Assembly: GCA_000388065.2 (NCBI GenBank) | Contig: KB932210.1 | DNA length: 11,836 nt | Reading direction: 5' to 3' (one strand) | From: Fonticula alba ATCC 38817 | Taxonomy: Eukaryota; Protista; Nucleariida | Shown: positions 7,356-11,836 of the stretch, piece after piece | Numbering within the stretch: the stretch's first letter is position 1 | How the letters are laid out: each line of letters opens with the position of its first letter | The notes under the pieces: generated by a model | Databases searched by the model: none | Seen by the model: the letters and a program-made list of their open reading frames with translations, nothing else | What the model was told of the DNA's origin: nothing | Translations under genes and position numbers: made by a program

Positions 7356-10300
7356 ATGAGCCCGGCTGGTGACGCCCATCCAAAGCGGCTCCCGCGACCG
7401 ACCGGCCCCCTGTTGCGGCTGGCCACGGCTGTACTGGCCGTGGGGGGCACGCTCCTAATGTGGGGCGTGGCAATGTCAGCCGGGGCCACTGGCCCAGCGC
7501 TGTATATGCATATAGTCCCCCAGACCTTGGGGACCCAGAACAACATGGTCGGCTTCTTCACCCCGGCCTCCGATGTGTCCATGACCACGCTGATATATCC
7601 GCCTCAGTGGATGGAAGTCCGCCGGCAGTGGCACCCTTCGGCCGAGCTGACCGAGCATCGGTGGGGCCCGTACTTCGACCGCCACCTGAAGTTGTCGATT
7701 TCGCGCCCGCGTCCGCCGCTGGTCGGCGAGCCGAAAATCCTGGCGCTCCCGCTGGCCGGGTCGGAGAATCCGGTCCTGGTGGAGTACACCCCCGAGGAGG
7801 TGGCCTTCTTTGACCAGCCCGACGCCTGGGCCCTGTTCCGCGCGCCGGTTGTGGTGCTTTCCGCGCTGGCAAGCTCCCCCTCGGCGGTGGATCTGCTGGC
7901 GCTGGCCGGGCCGGCCACCGGGCCCCGGCAGCCGATCATCATCCAGTTGTCCATCAACGTCATGCTGGAGACGGAGCTGGATGTGCCGGCCATCGTGGGG
8001 CCCAGCCTGGCCGCCCCGGCCGGCCAGCCGCGCAGCTTCTACCTCTATGGCGATGGCATTCTGCACGAAGTGGCCGCCGATCCGTCGGGGGTCCGGGAAG
8101 TTGGCGTGCTCCCCCTGCCGGATGTGACTGCCCTGCGGTCGACACGCCTGCTCCCGGCCCCGGGCGGGGCCGCCTGCGACACGGACCTGCTTCTGGCCTT
8201 CTCGGATGGCCGGGTCCAGGCACGTCTGTGCCACTCGCTCTCGGCCCAGCCCGGTGAGTCTGCCCTCCTGGAGGCCCTCCTGCCTGCCGGGGCCGGGCCC
8301 GATGGGCACTTCCTCAACCCCTCGGTCGAGAGCATGGCCGAGCCGATGGGCTTCGTCTACTTCTTGTCCAGCAGCCCACCCAGGCCGGTCCTCTGGCGGG
8401 CGGTCATTTCGCCGGCCGGCTTCGGGCCCTGGCGCGATGTGCGCATCTCAAGCTACTTCGAAATGCACTCCTTGCAGATGTTGCGCATGCGCCTGGCCGC
8501 CGGCCGACAGGAGTGGGTCGTAGCCAGCAAGGATGGGGCCATCTTCCTGGACTCCGACGACTTCGGGTGTACCACCGACGACACGATCCGCTGTACCGAG
8601 CCGCCCGCCAGCTCGGCCGTGTGGAGCTGCAACCTCGGCCGCACTCAGTCCCCCTTCCTGGACTTCGGGCGCATGTGCTCGGGCTGCCCGGATGGGTCGT
8701 ACCTCGACCGGGACTCCGGTGCGTGTGTCCTCGCGAGGGCGGGCGTGGCGGCGGATGTGCCGGTGGGCCCGGGGCGGGGGGGGAGGAGGGGGGGGGGGGC
8801 GATCAAACGCCGAGGCAGGCCCAGGCGAGGGGACGGCCAAACGCGCCTGCGCGCACGCACACGCCCCTCCACCCCGACCCGGGCCGGCCCCCCATGGCCA
8901 TGCTCGCGGGCCATGCCACGGCGCCCCTGCGCACAGGCGCGGGCTCTCTTTGCTGCCAACTTCTGACCCGCCTGGCAACACGATGGCCGCTGTCCGCCGC
9001 CCTCTGCCCTCCCCGCGGACAAAGATACCTGCAAGTTCTGCCCGCAGGCCAACTGCCTGACATGCTCGGCTGCCCAGTGCCATGTGTGTGCCTCGGGGTT
9101 CTTCCCGCAAGCCAGCGGCCCGAACGGGCGCATCGTGTGCGTGGACACATGCGCGGCCGGGTTCACCCTGCTGGCTGGCGTGTGCCAGCCGTCTGCCCGA
9201 GCGGTGGCCAGCTCGGAGCTGGCGTCCATGGGCGTGGCCAGCTTCGCCGAGCCGATCTCGGGGATGGTGAGCGCCGCCACGGCCAGCCACCTTCTGCCGG
9301 ATGCCCAGGGGAACCCGTACATCCCGGCCGGGTCGATGGCCAACCCGGACGGCCCGGCCCCCGGGGTCATCCTCTTCGACACGGACGGCCAGGCTTGGCT
9401 CATGCCGCGGGGGGATGTCGCCCAGCCGGGCGCCGCGCCGGTGGTCCTCAGCAGGCTGAGCGACCTGTCCGGCGGGCCGCTGCTCGCGAGCGTGGTCGAA
9501 GTTGGCCCCATCCTGCTGGAAGACTCCATCCTGCTGGGCTATGTCTTCTGCACCAAGCCCGCTGGGCTCCTCTTCGGGTACATGAAGTGCCCGAGGCCGG
9601 TGGCCCCGATGCCGGGGGATGTGCCCTGCTCGGTGGCCACGCTGGAGTTGCACCCGCAGCCGGGGACCGCCTTCACGCATGCCCGGTCCGTGGGCCGGGA
9701 GCATGTGCTGGCCACGCAGGCGGACGCATACAACCTGCTGCTGGTCCTGGCCGGGGGCACATTCAGGCCCGTCGGCCCCAGCTACCTGGGGCACTTGGTG
9801 CCGCTGCTGACCATCCCCCGGCCGGCCGGGGCCGGGTCCGGCAACTTGGCCGAGTGGTTCATCCGGTCGGAATTCACCATGGGCGTGGTGGCGGCCCCGC
9901 TGGCCGCCGTCATGGCCAACCACCACTATGTGGCCATGGGCGGCGGGGTGCACATTGCCGGGGCCACCGGCATCAAGTGGATGCCGATGTTCCTGCCGGT
10001 GCGCGACCGGTCGCCCGGGCACCAGCTCGTCCTGACCACCATCGAAAGTGGCACCTGGCGGGCCATCTACGCACCTGGGGACATCGGTCCGGCCGGCCGG
10101 CCGACCAATCTTTCCTCGCTGTCGGCCACCCTGGGCACCGTGGGCGACCTGAATCAGGAGGCATGCCGCTTCGAGGCGGTGCCCATGCCGGCCGGCCGGG
10201 CCGACACCCCGGCCGGGCTGCTCCTCCTGTGCGACGGCCTGCTTGGGCTGTCGCTGCTTCGGTGCCCGGCCTCCGGCCCGGGGGCCGGCGGCGCGTGTGC

Positions 10301-11836
10301 CCTTCTCCCGGCCTCGGTGATCGCCCTCCCCCTGCATGGGGGCGATGTGCTGAAGGGGCTGGCCCGGGCCACGGTCATTCCGCGGCCCGGGGCCGCCCCT
10401 GTGGCCGACCGGCACATCCTGCTGGAGGCCCTGCTGTATTTGCCGACGGTCGGGACGCTGGACCTGGTCCTGACGGGCCCGTGTGCGTGGGGCACCTTCG
10501 AGCCGGAGTGCCAGCCCTGCGACTCGCTGTGCGACGGATGCACCGGCCCCGGGCCGCAGGACTGCGTGGCCTGCCTCTTTTGGCTGCCCGGCCACCCGGG
10601 CACCTGCCTGCCATCCTGCCCGCCGAAGCTGCACCGGGCCCCGGATGGCGAGTGCATGTGCCACTCGACCTGCGTGGATTGCGGCCCGGCGGCCGGCGGG
10701 GATTACGTCTGCCTCGAATGCCTCCCCGGGCTCGGGCCCGATGCCCACGGCGCCGACCCGGACCAGTGCTTCCCCTGTGATGGCTCCTGCGCCGAGTGCT
10801 TCCTGTCCGCCAACCCGGGCGCTTGCACCAAGTGCCATCCATCGGCGTGGCTCTTTGGGGGGGCTTGCGTGGGGGCCTGCCCGTCGGGCTTCTGGCCGGA
10901 CAGCGCCTCCGGCAGCTGTCTCCCCTGTGCGGCCGGCTGCGCCGCGTGCACCGGCGCATCCGCCTGCACGCGGTGCGCCGACCGGCACTTCCTCGCTGCC
11001 GGGGTCTGCCATGTGTGCGACGGGTCGTGCGCTTCGTGCGACAATGCCACCAGCTGCGCCGCCTGCCGGCCGGGGCTGGTCTTCCTGGCGACCGATGCCG
11101 GGCAGGCCTCTCTGTGCGGGAGCACCTGTGCGGCGGGCGAGTTCGCCGGGCCCGGCCGGTGTGCCGTGTGCGACGCCTCCTGCGCCCTGTGTGCCGGCAG
11201 CGCCACCGGCTGCCAGGTGTGCGCGGCTGGGCACCGCTGGGTCTCGGGTCCGCCGGCGGCCGGGGGCACCGGGTCCTGCACGGCCTGCCCGCCGGGCTGC
11301 GCCTCGTGCACGGCCGACCGGTGCCTGGCCTGCGAGTCGGGGCTCTTCCTCGACTCACGCGGCGCCTGTGTGAGCGCCTGCCCGGCCGGCACCTACCCCA
11401 CCGATGAGTCGTGCCAGCCGTGCGACCTGAGCTGCGCCACCTGCCTCGGGGGCGGCGCCGACCAGTGCGCCAGCTGCGCCGACGGTCTGGACTTTGTGCC
11501 GGCCGGCGGGTCGGCCGGCGCATGCGTGTCGGGCTGCCCGGAGGGCCAGTACCGGGACCGTGTCTCCGGTGCCTGCCTGCCGTGCGACGCGGCGTGCGCC
11601 ACGTGCAACGGCCCGTCGGACAAGGACTGCTGGCGGTGCCGGGACGCCGTGCTGCAGGACGGCGACTGCGTGCAGCACTGCGCCGCGAAGCACATCGCCC
11701 TGGCCGGGCGGTGCCTGCCCTGCCATGCGTCGTGCGACCAGTGCGCCGGGACCCGGAGCACCGAGTGCCTGCCGGCCTGCCCGGGTGATCTGCTGGCCCT
11801 GCCGGCCGGGGCGTCGCCCATGCGCTGCGTGCCGGC
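7356..11836 (+). CDS. Large secreted/cell-surface protein, 3'-partial (at least 1391 aa): signal peptide, putative beta-propeller domain A, FU linker, Cys-poor domain B, at least 10 furin-like repeats; exons 7356..8718 and 9025..>11836
   Basis: ATG 7356 gives MSPAGDAHPKRLPRPTGPLLRLATAVLAVGGTLLMWGVAMSAGA (signal-like). Splicing 8718|9025 gives the continuous FU sequence CSGCPDGSYLDRDS-D-TCKFCPQANCLTC. I translated 9025-11836 by hand and found no stop. CxxxCxxC cores run from 10482 onward (CDSLCDGC ... CHASCDQC). The start codon is less certain than the body (alternatives 6972, 7458). Confidence 0.88.
8719..9024 (+). other. Gene 2 intron 1 (306 nt, phase 1)
   Basis: Donor GTGCGT at 8719, branch CTGAC at 8963-8967, first downstream AG (AAG) ends 9024. 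The content is low-complexity G/C-run sequence. The next CAG (9047) is phase-incompatible. Confidence 0.82.
8765..8799 (+). repeat. G-run cluster in intron (RNA G-quadruplex candidate)
   Basis: GGG(8765-8767), G4(8771-8774), G8(8776-8783), GG, G12(8788-8799) on the sense strand. Confidence 0.6.
10482..11836 (+). repeat. Furin-like repeat stalk of gene 2 (at least 10 units, continues beyond the window)
   Basis: Cores CDSLCDGC, CHSTCVDC, CDGSCAEC, CAAGCAAC, CDGSCASC, CDASCALC, CPPGCASC, CDLSCATC, CDAACATC, CHASCDQC. Confidence 0.9.

Noticed and set aside
8964-8966. UGA readthrough or selenocysteine joining the two gene 2 ORFs
   Set aside because: Canonical splice signals restore a perfect FU repeat. 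Readthrough would insert about 102 low-complexity residues, and no SECIS is visible.
9408-9416. RGD tripeptide in domain B
   Set aside because: R, G and D codons are frequent in GC-rich genes, and there is no evidence of an exposed loop or of integrin partners.
8513-10780. 755-aa plus-strand ORF in an alternative frame
   Set aside because: Out of frame with the FU-encoding reading. Low-complexity R/P/G/A product typical of a GC-rich frame shadow.
8448-11234. 928-aa minus-strand ORF
   Set aside because: Antisense shadow of gene 2. Strong GC3 bias suppresses stops, and the product is G/A/R/P-rich with no domain.

Overview
Very GC-rich (about 70% by eye) eukaryotic genomic DNA. It holds two same-strand (+), intron-containing genes for cysteine-rich cell-surface/secreted proteins, separated by at least 4.5 kb of apparently non-coding DNA with a 15-N assembly gap. 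Gene 1, join(21..2337,2457..2558,2670..2696,2852..2856), encodes an 816-aa type I membrane protein: signal peptide, 14 furin-like (FU) CxxxCxxC repeats, one TM helix and a 19-aa tail, with no catalytic domain. Gene 2, join(7356..8718,9025..>11836), encodes at least 1391 aa and runs off the window: signal peptide, Cys-poor domain A (beta-propeller-like motifs), short FU linker, Cys-poor domain B, then at least 10 FU repeats. The supplied ORF track misses gene 2's 2.8-kb second exon and gene 1's TM/tail exons. All other long ORFs look like GC-driven shadow frames. GTRCGT donors, CTRAC branch points, GC content and FU-repeat genes suggest a unicellular opisthokont such as Fonticula alba (inference, not verified). 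No rRNA, tRNA, CRISPR array or recognisable mobile element was found.
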